Positions 24,410-35,568 of a stretch of 64,000 nt of DNA are shown piece by piece. The notes under the pieces are model-generated. The model did not search any database. It saw only the letters and a list, made by a program, of their open reading frames with translations, and was not told the DNA's origin. Made by a program: the position numbers and the translations under genes. Where the stretch lies: positions 101,868,001 through 101,932,000 of the forward strand of contig CM059431.1 in NCBI GenBank assembly GCA_030390025.1, written 5' to 3'. Numbering within the stretch: the stretch's first letter is position 1; each line of letters opens with the position of its first letter. The DNA comes from Squalus acanthias (Eukaryota).

Positions 24410-24961
24410 AATTAAATAAATCTGTTGGACTATAACCTGGTGTTGTGCGAATTCTCATTTTTGTCCACCCCAGTCCAACGCCGGCATCTCCACATCATGA
24501 CCTCTAGAAAAGAGAAGACTGAGAGGTGACCTGATATTTTCCAGTAAAAGTAGACGTAGAGAAGATGTTTCCCAAACTAGGGGCCATAAATATAAGATAG
24601 TCACCAGTAAATCCAATCAGGAATTCAGGAGAAACTTCTTTACCCAGAGAGTGGTGAGAATATGGAACTCGCTACCACAGGGAGTGGTTGAGGCGATTTG
24701 CAGAGATACATTTAAGGGGAAACTCGATAAACACATGAGGGAGATGGGAATAGAAGGTTATGCTGATGGGGTGAGATGAGGTAGGGTTGCGAGGAAGCTC
24801 GTGTGGAGCAGAAACACCGGCACGGACCAGTTGGGCCGAATGGCCTGTTTCTGTGCTGGAGACTTGATGCAAGTATTTGGTGATTTGTAAATTTGTGCTG
24901 ACCCAAGTTAATGATGGTATTATTAAGACAAAAAGTACAAGCTAAAAAGATTACAACAATA

Positions 24962-25430
24962 AAAGAAAAACTTGCATTTCTACAGCGCCTTTCACGACCA
25001 CCGGACGTCTCAAAGCGCCTTGCAGCCAATGAAGTACTTTTGGAGTGGGGTCACTGTTGTAATGTAGGAAACGCTGCAGACAATTTGCGCACAGCAAGCT
25101 CCCACACACAGCAATGCGATAACAACCAGATAATCTGTTTTTGTTATGTTGGTTGAGGGATAAATATTGGCCAGGACACCGGAGAGATCTCCCCCCTGCT
25201 CTTCTTCGAAATAGTGCCATGGGATCTTTTACGTCCACCTGAGAGAGCAGACGGGGCCTCGGTTTAACGTCTCATCCGAAAGACGGCACCTCCGACAGTG
25301 TAGCACTCCCTCAGCACTGCACTGGGAGTGTCAGCCTAGATTTTTATGTACTCAAGTCTCGAGTGGGACCTTGAACCCACAACCTTCTGACTCAGAGGCG
25401 AGAGTGCTAGCAACTGAGCCACAGCTGACA
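24962..25430 (-). mobile_element. Full-length Deu-domain SINE
   Basis: Reverse complement of the 42342-42800 family. Confidence 0.85.
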
Positions 25431-25847
25431 CACAATATAAAAAGACAGACAGGATCTAATCATTAATATACTCTTATCTTAATTTTGTGCTTTAACTGAA
25501 TTAATAGGGATATTTCCATATCCTGAAAGATTAGCAGCCTCTTGCACTGGAGTGACGCACCAGGAAGTGTCAGTCGCTGTCTCCTGTATAATTGGTCAAG
25601 CTTGACCTTTTCCATAATTGTGTGTACTGTAAGGAAAACAAAAAATCAGCAAGAGAAATACACTCAAATAAATGAGATTAGATGAAGATAGCACTGTGCA
25701 GATAGCGCACCTTATTTTCACAAAAAAGAACAGATAATGGCAAATGGGTTCACCATTTGTAAATTAAAGCCAATTTATACTCCAATAAAAGAAAGAGCAT
25801 AAGAAATAGTAGCAGGAGTCGGCCCTTCGAGCCTGCGGAGTGTTGGA

Positions 25848-26320
25848 GGGGCATTACTGAGGGAACGCCGCACTGTCGGAGGGGCAGTACTGAGGGAGCG
25901 CCGCACTGTCGGAGGGGCAGTACTGAGGGAGCGCCGCACTGTCGGAGGAACAGTACTGAGGGAGCGCTGCACTGTCGGAGGGGCAGTACTGAGGGAGTGC
26001 TCCACTGTCGGAGGGGCAGTACTGAGGGAGCATTGCACTGTCGGAGGTGCCGTCTTTCAGATGAGACGTTAAGATCCCATAGCACTATTCCGAAGACGAA
26101 TAGGGGAGTTCTCCTCGGTGTCCTGGGCCAATATTTATCCCTCAACCAACACCTAAAACAAATTATCTGGTCATTATCTCATTGGTGTTTGTGGGAGCTT
26201 GCTGTGCGCAAATTGGCTGCCGTGTTTTCTGGATTACAACAGTGACCACACTTCAAAAAGTACTTCTTTGGTTGTAAAGCGCTTTGGGACATCCCGGGCT
26301 CGTGAAAGGCGCTGTAGAAA
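25848..26320 (+). mobile_element. Deu-domain SINE with an internal 33-bp tandem expansion (25848-26047)
   Basis: About 6 copies of CACTGTCGGAGGGGCAGTACTGAGGGAGCGCCG running into the SINE body. Confidence 0.85.
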
Positions 26321-27240
26321 TAAGAACAGAAGAATTAGGAGCAGGAGTCGGCCATTCGGTCCCTCGAGCCTGCTCCGCCATTCAATAAAATCATGGCTGA
26401 TCTTCTACCTCAACTCCACTTTCCCACCTGATCCCCATATGCCTTGATTCCCTTAATATTCAAATATCTATCGATCTCTGTCTTGAATATACTCAACGAC
26501 TGAGCCTCCACAGCCCTCTGGGGTAGAGAATTTCAAAGATTCACCACCCTCTGAGTGAAGAAATTCCTCTCATCTCAGTCCTAAATGGCCGACCCCTTAT
26601 TCTGAGACTGTGACCCCTGGTTCTAGACTCCCCAGCCAGGGGAAACATCCTCCCTGCATCTACCCTGTCAAGCCCTGTAAGAATTTTGTATGTTTCAATG
26701 AGATCACCTCATTATTCTAAACTCTAGAGAATATAGGCCGAGTCTACTCAATCTCGCCTCATAGGACAATCCCCCCATCCCAGGAACCAGTCTGGTGAAC
26801 CTTTGTTGCACTCCTTAGATGGCAAGTATATCCTTCCTTAGGTAAGGAGACCAAAACTGTACACAATACTCCAGGTGTGGTCTCACCAGGGCCCTGTATA
26901 ATTGCAGTAAGACATCTTTACTCTTATACTCAAATCCTCCTGTAATAAAGGCCAACATACCATTTGCTTTCCTAATTGCTTGCTGTACCTGCATGTTAAC
27001 TTTCAGTGATTCATGTACAAGGACACCCAGGCCCCTCTGAATACCAACATTTCCCAATCTCTCACCATTTAAAAAATACTCTGCTTTTCTATTTTTCCGA
27101 CCGAAGTGGATAGCTTCACATTTCTCCACATTATATTCCATTTGCCATATTCTTGCCCACTCACTTAGCCTGTCTATATCCCCTTGAAGCCTCCTTGCAT
27201 TCTCCTCACAACTTACATTCCCACCCAGCTTTGTATCATC
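26320..27240 (-). mobile_element. CR1-type LINE RT fragment
   Basis: DDTKLGG...LQGDIDRLSEWARIWQMEYNVEKC...[13 protein letters not shown]. Confidence 0.92.
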
Positions 27241-27689
27241 GGAATTCCAGAGCTTAGGGCCGAAGCAACTGAAGGCACGGCCGCCAATGGTGGGGCGATG
27301 GAAATCGGGGCTGCGCAAGAGGCCAGAATTGAAGGAACGCAGAGATCTTAGAGGGCTGTAGGCTTAACATGAGCTGGGTCAAGGATATTGCAGGATTCAA
27401 TCACGTGCAAAGACACACGTTTACTATATAATCAGTCACAATCGCACTCAGCAGACCATTAATATCTGGGCCACGATAACCCAAGTCTGCAATTAATTAG
27501 AATGTTCTATACATAAAAGAAATCATTTGTTAACAGAACAGTGATTAACATTTTTTCCAGCTGAAGTAATCCACTCTTCAACATTCGATCTGTAACAATT
27601 GCTGTAACTCTGCGGGTAATGTGAAGGAAATGTTCTCATTCTCTGTCTTCTTGAGTTTGCGGCCCCCAGCGGTTCAATATGTTCTTTAT

Positions 27690-28268
27690 CATTGCACCAA
27701 GTGCCGTCTACCTGACTGTGGAAAAGTGCCCAGGTACGTCCTGCCCACAAAAAGCAGGACAAATCCAACCCAGCCGATTATCGCCCCCAGCAGTCTACTC
27801 TCAATCATCAGCAAAGCGATGGAAGATGTTATCGACAGTCCTATCAAGTAGCACTTACCAATAACCTGCTCACCGACGCCCAGTTTGGGTTCCGCCAGGA
27901 CCACTCGGCTCCAGACCTCATTACAGCCTTGGTCCAAACATGGACACAAAAGAGCTGAATTCCAGAGGTGAGGTGAGAGTGACTGCCCTTGACATCAAAT
28001 GCAGCACTTGACAGAGTGTGGCATCAAGGAGTCCTAGTAAAACTGAAGTCAATGGGGATCAAGGGATGAATTCTCCAGTGCTGGAGTCTTCGTCGCTGGG
28101 TCAAAATCCTGGAACTCCCTCCCTAACAGCACTGTGGGAGCACTTTCACCACACGGACTGCAGCGGTTCAAGAAGAAGGCTCACCACCACCTTCTCAAGG
28201 ACAACTAGGGATGGGCAATAAATACCAGCCTTGCCAGCGATGCCCACATCCCAAGAATTTAAAAAAAA
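27690..28268 (+). mobile_element. Internally deleted LINE (RT N-terminal part joined to its 3' end)
   Basis: HKKQDKSNP..Y.P.SLLSIISK.ME / QFGFRQDHS / ALDIK remnants, then WNSLP and tail GGGATGGGCAATAAAT...CCCACATCCC. Confidence 0.8.
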
Positions 28269-28762
28269 ACTATTGCAGCAAAACACTACAGGTGTACGTT
28301 CACCCACCCCTCCCTCGTGTGTGCAAGGTATCAAAGTAAATGTTACACGGGCATATTTTAAAGATCTGGGATGACTCTAACCCTTGCAATCCCTTCCTGG
28401 TAGTGTAAACAGGTGAGTAATTTCAGGCAGTAAACACAATTATAAACTAAATACAATTTTAATTGAAGTTGCTACAACAGTATCAATGAGGTATTAGTTC
28501 ACAAAAGGGATAACAGTCAATAAAAACCTGATAGGGGTCATTAAATTTATGAAGGGGTTCGATAGGTTAGATGTAGCGAAGATGTTTCCACTTGTGGGGG
28601 AGACCAAAACTAGGGGTCATAAATATAAGATAGTCACTAATAAATCCAATAGGGAATTCAGGAGAAACTTCTTTACCCAGAGAGCAGCGAGAATGTGGAA
28701 TAAAACCAGAAAATGCTGGAAATACTCAGCAGGCCAGGCAGCATCTGTAGAGAGAGAAACAG

Positions 28763-28799
28763 AGTTAACGTTTCAGGTCGATGACCCTTCGTCAGAACT
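28763..28799 (-). ncRNA. Minimal type I hammerhead ribozyme motif (second family)
   Basis: Minus strand agtt-CTGACGA-a-gggtc-atc-gacct-GAAA-cg-TT-aact, in the 3' UTR of the RT/GIY-YIG element. Confidence 0.78.
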
Positions 28800-29349
28800 G
28801 GAAAAAGTTGGAGATGGAACAGGTTTTTAAGCAAGTGCAGGGGCAGGGAGAGGGGGGAGGGGAGGAAAGAACAAAAGGGAAGGTCTGTGATAGGGTGGAA
28901 GGCAGGAGAGATTAAATGACAAAAGGGATGATGGTGCGAGGCAAAAGGAGATGGTAATGGGACAAATTAAGAAACAAAAGATGAGTCTAGATGAGGTGTA
29001 AATGGCAATGGTAGAATCATCAACAGCTGCCGTCTGAAAAAAAATAGGGCCAAGGTTATGGTCTGAAATTGTTGAACTCGATGTTGAGTCCAGAAGGCTG
29101 TAAAGTGCCTAATCGAAAGATGAGGTGCTGTTCCTCGAGCTTACGTTGAACTTCATTGGAACAGTGCAAGAGGCCGAGGACGGAGAGGTCAGAGTGGGAG
29201 TGGAGCGGGGAATTAAAGTGACAAGCGACCGGAAGCTCGGGGTCACCCTTATGGACTGAACAGAGGTGTTCCTCCAAGCGGTCACCCAATCTGCGTTTGG
29301 TCTCCCCAATGTAGAGGAGACCACATCGTGAGCAGCGAATACAGTACAC

Positions 29350-30097
29350 AATGAATGGTAGGACCCTAGGAAGGACAGAGGATCAGAGGGACCTTGGTGT
29401 GCATGTACATAGATCCCTGAAGGCAGCAGGACAGGTAGATAAGGTGGTTAAAAAGGCATATGGGATACTTGCCTTCATTAGCCGAGGCATAGAATTTAAG
29501 AGCAGGGAGGTTATGATGGAGCTGTACAAAACGCTAGTTAGGCCACAGCTGGAATACTGTGTGCAGTTCTGGTCGCCACACTATAGGAAGGATGTGATTG
29601 CATTGGAGAGGGTGCAGAGGAGATTCACCAGGATGTTACCTGGGCTGGAGCGCTTCAGCTATGACGAAAGACTGGACAGGCTGGGGTTGTTTTCCTTAGA
29701 GCAGAGAAGGCTGAGGAGGGACCTGATTGAGGTGTACAAAATTATGAGGGGCATAGATAGGGTAGATAGAAAGGAACTTTTCCCCTTAGTAGAGGGGTCA
29801 ATAACCAGGGGACATAGTTTCAAGGTAAGGGGCAGGAGGTTTAGAGGGGATTTGAGGAAAAACATTTTCACCCAGAGGGTGGTTGGAATCTGGAACTCAC
29901 TGCCTGAAAGGGTGGTAGAGGCAGGAACCCTCACAACATTCAAGAAGCATTTAGATGAGCACTTGAAACGCCATAGCATACAAGGCTACGGACCAAGTGC
30001 TGAAAATGGGATTCGAATTAGACAGGACTTGATGGCCGGCGCGGACACGATGGGCCGAAGGGCCTCTTTCTGTGCTGTATAACTCTATGACTCTATG
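29350..30097 (+). mobile_element. CR1-type LINE 3' fragment inserted in the Penelope element
   Basis: RT C-terminus [13 protein letters not shown]...FTQRVVGIWNSLP, (CTCTATGA)n tail, TSD AGTACAC at 29343-29349 and 30098-30104. Confidence 0.92.
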
Positions 30098-31234
30098 AGT
30101 ACACCAAATTGCAAGAAGTACAAGTAAATCACTGTTTCACTTGGAAGGAGTGTTTGGGGCCCTGGACAGTGGGAAGGGAGAAGGTAAAAGGGCAGGTGTT
30201 GCATCTCCTGTGTTTGCACGGGAAGGTGCCATGGGAAAGGGAAGGGGTGTTGGGGGTGATAGAGGAGTGGACCAGGGTGTCGCGAAGGGAGTGGTCCCTT
30301 CGGAATGCTGAAAGGAGAGGTGAGGGGAAGATGTGTTTGGTGGTGGGATCACGCTGGAGGTGGCGGAGGATGATCCGTTGAATGTGGATGCTGGTGGGGT
30401 GAAAGGTGAGGACAAGGGGAACCCTATCGTGGTTCCGGGAGGGAGGGGAAGGTGTGTTAACCACGGTAGAGAGGAGTCCTCGGTTGAGGAAAAATGAAGA
30501 CATGTCAGAAGCACTGGTATGGAAGGTGGTATCGTCAGAACAGATGCGGCGTAGATGGAGAAACTGGGAGAATGGAATAGAGTCCTGACAGGAGGCGGCG
30601 TGGGAGGAAGTGTAGTCCAGGTAGCTGTGGGAGTCAGTGGGCTTATAGTGAATGTTTATCAATAGCCTCCCAGAGATAGAGACAGAGAAGTCGAGGAAGG
30701 GAAGGAAAGAGTCAGAGATGGACCATGTGTAGGTGCGGGAAGGGTGGAAATTGGAAGCAAAGTGAATGAAATTTTCTAGTTCAGGGCAAGAGCAGGAAAT
30801 GGCACCAATACAGTCATCAATGTACCGGAAAAAGAGGTGAGGGAGGGGACCGTAGTAGGACTGGAACAAAGAATGTTCCGCATATCCCACGAAAAGGCAG
30901 GCATAGCTAGGGCCCATGCGGGTTCCCATAGCAACACCTTTAATTTGGAGGAAGTGAGTGGAATCAAAGGAGAAGTTGTTCAATGTGAGTACAAGTTCAG
31001 CCAGGCGAAAGAGGGCAGTGGTGGAAGGGGACTGGTTGGGCTTCTGTTCAAGGAAGAAGCGGAGTGCTCTCAGGCCATCCTGGTGGGGGATGGAGGTGTA
31101 GAGGGATTGGACATCCATAGTGAAAAGGAGACGGTGGGGGCCAGGAAACTGGAGACTGTTAAAGTGGCGGAGGGCATTTAAAGAGTCGCGGATGTAGGTG
31201 GGAAGAGACTGGACAAGGGGAGAAAAAATAGAGT

Positions 31235-31472
31235 TGTTGAGGCTGCCGCGAAACACGAATTAAGGCTGAATCCATTTGTGTTAAACAAGAGACTTTTTAA
31301 TCACAGCATGGCACAAAATGGCAGACTGAAAAGCTCCCAGAACTCTCTGGGTAAAACCTGAGGCCCCGCCCCCTTCTGCCTTAAAGGTAAGGTGCCTTAA
31401 AGGGAAGGTGCTGGAAATTTGTCCACAGACGGAAGAGTGGATTATGCCCATTTTAGGTGGCGATCCGCCACA
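31235..31472 (-). repeat. 3' LTR of the Gypsy element
   Basis: Preceded on the minus strand by the purine-rich tract GGGGGGAG (polypurine tract, about 31476-31483). Confidence 0.95.
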
Positions 31473-31492
31473 CAGCTCCCCCCAGAATCCGC

Positions 31493-34400
31493 TTAGGAGG
31501 TGTGGACGAGACGGTGCGGCGGTCTGATGGGCCGGCCGGAGCGGCTCTTGTAGGACGCCGGTGGACGTGGAATGGCCGGGCGTGGAGCAGCCGGGTGAAC
31601 CGGCTTGAGGGCAGGTCGGCCGCGTGGAGGTGGACGAGCTATAGGGACCTGCTCACCGGGCTCCGAGTGTGCTGGCTTGAGTCGGTCAACCGACACTTTT
31701 TCGGTCCTGTCGCCCACTTGCAGGGTGAAAAATTTGTCCCCAGCCTGTAGCACCTTGTAGGGCCCGTCGTACGGGGGTTGAAGGGGTCCGCGGTGGGCGT
31801 CGTGCCGGACGAAAACAAACCGTGCCTGGTGCAGGCTTAGTGGGACGTGTGAGGTGGATTCGCCGTGTCGGGCAATGGGCACCGGGGCGAACTGCAGCGC
31901 CGGTGAGGCGAAGTCGTGGCGTTGCTGGTCGGCTGACCAGGGTGTCGTGGCGGTGGGCAGGAACTCGCCGGGTACGCGCAGCGGCTGACCGTACACGAGC
32001 TCTGCTGCCGATGCGTGGAGGTCTTCTTTAACCGCGGTGCGCAGGCCGAGGAGGACCCACGGAAGTCGGTCGGTCCAGGCGCCGTCTTGGAGGCTGGCTC
32101 GAAGAGATGCCTTCAAGGATCTGTGGAACCGCTCACACAGTCCGTTGGCTTGGGGGTGGTACGCTGTGGTGCGGTGAATGGTCACCCTGAGATTACGTGC
32201 GACAGCGGTCCAGAGTTCAGAGGTAAATTGCGGACCTCTGTCCGATGTCATGTCGGAGGGGACGTGAACTGTGCGACCCAGGTGCTGACGAAGGCTCTGG
32301 CGATGTCGGCGGTGGTGGTAGAGGTCAGTGGAATTGCCTCAGGCCAGCGTGTGGTGCGGTCAACGATGGTCAGCAAGTGCGTGTGGCCTTGCGACGGCGG
32401 CAGGGGCCCGACGATGTCCACGTGGATGTGGTCGAATCTCCGTGAGGGGACGGTAAACTCCTCGAGGGGTGCTTTCGTGTGTTGCTGTACCTTGGCCCAT
32501 TGGCAGGCTAGGCAGGAGTTGGCCCAAGTATGCACATCCTTGCGAAGGCCGCGCCAGACAAAGCGGTCGGCTACCAATTTGATGGATGCGCGGGCGCCGG
32601 GGTGGGAGAGGTTGTGGAGAATGTCGAATACCCGGCGGCGCCAGGACGCTGGGACGACGGGCCGAGGTTGACATAGGGATATGTCGCACTTGACCGTGAC
32701 TGCGGTCGGGCCACAGGCGACGTCGGCCAGGCGTAGCCCTAGTAGGTTGGTGGGTGCGGAGAGCAGATCAGGGTCGGTGATCTGGTCTGCTGCGAGTTGA
32801 GCGTAGTCGACTGCTAGGCGTGCGGCGTGGATGGCGGGGCGGGAGAGGCAGTCGGCTACCACATTGTCTCGGCTGGAGACGTGTTGGATGTCCGTGGTGA
32901 ACTCGGACACTGCCGCGAGCTGGCGCTGCTGCCTGGCGGACCAGGGGTCGGTTGTCTTTGCCATTGCGAATGTCAGGGGCTTGTGGTCGACAAACGCAGT
33001 GAAGGGGTGGCCCTCAAGCAAAAACCGGAAATGGCGGACCGCCAGGAACAGCGCGAGGAGCTCGCGGTCGAAGGTGCTGTACTTGACCTCCGGGGGGCGT
33101 AGTTGGCGGCTGAAGAAGGCAAGTGGTTGCCAGGCGCCGTCGACCCACTGCTCATACACGGCGCCGACCGCGTGGTCGGAGGCGTCCGTGGTGAGCGCTA
33201 CCCTGGCATTGGGCCGTGGGTGCGCGAGCAGGGTGGCGTTGGCGAGCACGGTCTTGGTGGAATCGAAGGCGGTGGACGCATCTGCCGTCCATTCGACCGC
33301 CATCTTGCCGCTCCTGCCCCGGAGAGCTTCATACAGGGGCCTCATGAGGGACGCCGCTTTGGGGATGAAACGGTTATAGAAATTCACCATCCCGAGGAAC
33401 TCCTGGAGGCCTTTGATGGTGGTGGGGCGGGGAAATTGTTGGACGGCCTGCACCTTGGTGGGCAGGGGAATGGCCCCAGCATGGGTGATGTGGTGGCCGA
33501 GGAAGTCGATCTTGTCCAGGCCGAACTGGCATTTGGCTGGGCTGAGGATGAGCCCGTGGTCGCTGAGGCGCCCGAACAGGATGCGAAGGTGTTCGAGGTG
33601 TTCCTGCTTGGAGGAACTGGCTACCAGGATGTCGTCCAGGTAGACGAACAGGAACTTCAGGTCCCGAAGGACCGAGTCCATGAGCCGTTGGAATGCCTGG
33701 GCCGCGTTTTTGAGGCCGAAGGGCATCCGCAGGAACTCGAACAGGCCGAAGGGGGTGATTACGGCCGTCTTGGGGACGTCCGCGGGGTGGACGGGGACTT
33801 GGTGGTAGCCGCGCACCAGGTCGACCTTGGAAAAGACTGAGCGGCCGGCCAGTCTAGCCGAGAAGTCCTGAATGTGCGGCACGGGGTACCGATCAGGGGT
33901 GGTGGCGTCATTGAGGCGGCAGTAATCCCCGCAGGGGCGCCAACCTCCGCCTGGTTTGGGGGCGATGTGGAGTGGGGAGGCCCAGGGACTGTTGGAGCGG
34001 CGGATGATGCCGAGCTGTTCCATGGTGGCAAACTCGGTCCGCGCGATCTCCAGTTTGGCCGGGTCCAGCCTGCGGGCGTGGGCTTACATTGGGGGGCCTG
34101 TGGTGGGGATGAAGTGTTCCACCCCATGTTTGGCGGCCTCCGCGGAGAAGGTCGGATTGGTAAGGGCCGGGAATTCGGCCAGAAGTGCCGAGTAGTCATC
34201 CGTGGCCCGGGCGTGGCACTGTGACGCCATGTCGGCGGGTTGACGGGGGGCCATGGCGCCCAGGATGGGGGACATGGTGTTCATGTCCACGAGGCGGTGA
34301 CGAGGGATGTCTACCAGTAGGCCGTGGGTGCACAGGAAATCTGCGCCGATGAGGGGGGAGAGCACCTTGGCAGTGATGAACTCCCATCGGTAGCGGTGAC

Positions 34401-35290
34401 CAGCGAGGTCGAGGGTGACTGTCCGGGTGCCATACGTCCGGATTTCCGAGCCGTTAGCAGCAGCCAGCGCCCTTTTGGATGTCGAGGGAGGAGGCCGGGA
34501 TGATGCTGTGCTGAGCCCCAGTGTCACACAGGAACCGGCGGCCGGTTTTGTCATCCGTGACGAACAGCAGGGAGCCTGCGTGGCCCACGGCCATCGCGGG
34601 GGCTGGAACGGGGGCGGACTTGAAAGAGCAGGGAGGTGTGCACCGTTGTGCCCTGGCGCCGAACCGTGCGTGGTAGTAACAGTGGCCCGGGTTAGTGGGG
34701 CGTGAAGGCCCCGTGGGCCTGGTGACAGGCCCTTGTGGCCGCGTGCTGGATGGTGAGGGGCGCGCCCAGGCCTTGGCTGCCAGGTCCGGAGTGACGTCGT
34801 GGCTGGAGTGAGCGGACAGCAGCTTGTCGGCCTCATTGGCCAGGGCTTCCAGGTTCGTGAGGCCGGACGCCACGATCGCTGGGCGGATGCTGAGAGGGAG
34901 CTGGCGGATGAACAGCGTGCGGAAGAGGGATCCGGGTGGGCTCTCGTCGGTGAGGGAGAGCATGTGGGAGAGGAGGTCTGACGGTGAGGCATCACCGAGG
35001 CCTGGAAGGTCGAGGAGGTGGCAGTTTCGCTGATATGCCGAGGCCGTAAATTTTTTAAGGAGCGCTGTCCTGAGATGTGCGTACTTGCCTTCCTCTGGTG
35101 GGTTCTGCAGCGTTGTCCAAACCTTGGAAACTGCGGCGCTACCGAGTGATGTGACGAGATAGTCGTACTTCGTCCCATCTGTGGTGATATTTCGCAGCCG
35201 GAAGTGAGATTCAGCTTGGAGAAACCAGGCTTCGGGCTGGTTTTCCCAAAACTCCAGCAGTTTCACGGAAACTGCGTTCGTGTCCGCCAT
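31493..35290 (-). pseudogene. Disrupted gag-pol of the Gypsy element
   Basis: Gag CYYH-x9-C-x3-C, protease CDTGA, RT YLDD, RNase H LTTDASD, integrase HHCC, D..D35E and GPY motifs; frameshift near 34460, in-frame TAA at 34084-34086, frameshift near 32260. Confidence 0.93.
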
Positions 35291-35330
35291 TGCAGTGCTC
35301 GGAATACGTTCTGAGCATCGGGGTCACCAA

Positions 35331-35568
35331 TGTTGAGGCTGCCGTGAAACACGAATTAAGGCTGAATCCATTTGTGTTAAACAAGAGACTTTTTAATCAC
35401 AGCATGGCACAAAATGGCAGACTGAAAAGCTCCCAGAATTCGCTGGGTAAAACCTGAGGCCCCGCCCCCTTCTGCCTTAAAGGTAAGGTGCCTTAAAGGG
35501 AAGGTGCTGGAAATTTGTCCACAGACGGAAGAGTGGATTATGCCCGTTTTAGGTGGCGATCCGCCACA
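35331..35568 (-). repeat. 5' LTR of the Gypsy element
   Basis: Direct repeat of 31235-31472 with 4 substitutions by eye; followed on the minus strand by PBS TGGTGACCCCGA (35318-35329), complementary to the tRNA-Trp 3' end. Confidence 0.95.

Larger units (their letters stand above)
23137..24501 (+). mobile_element. Penelope-like element fragment (GIY-YIG 3' end) with an inverted 5' copy
   Basis: NIVYLIRC..WYIGETMQTLRQRMNGHR endonuclease; inverted arms 23135-23667 and 23932-24462; 15-bp TSD CTCTAGAAAAGAGAA (23122-23136 and 24502-24516) inside a CR1 fragment. Confidence 0.93.
31235..35568 (-). mobile_element. Full-length Ty3/Gypsy LTR retrotransposon, CsRn1/Kabuki/Boudicca-type
   Basis: Two 238-bp TG...CA LTRs, 4-bp TSD GAGT (31231-31234 and 35569-35572), tRNA-Trp-like PBS, PPT, and gag-PR-RT-RH-IN domain order. 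Confidence 0.97.

Noticed and set aside
34440..34480. Programmed ribosomal frameshift between gag and pol
   Set aside because: The shift falls inside the protease domain, after the DTGA motif, with no convincing slippery site plus structure; more likely a post-insertion indel.
31457..35033. Many plus-strand ORFs overlapping the Gypsy element
   Set aside because: Antisense shadow ORFs expected from GC-rich coding sequence; no recognisable domains.
31235..35568. Bacterial contamination or prophage suggested by the high GC
   Set aside because: LTRs, TSD, PBS and gag-pol domains show a genuine retrotransposon integrated in host sequence.
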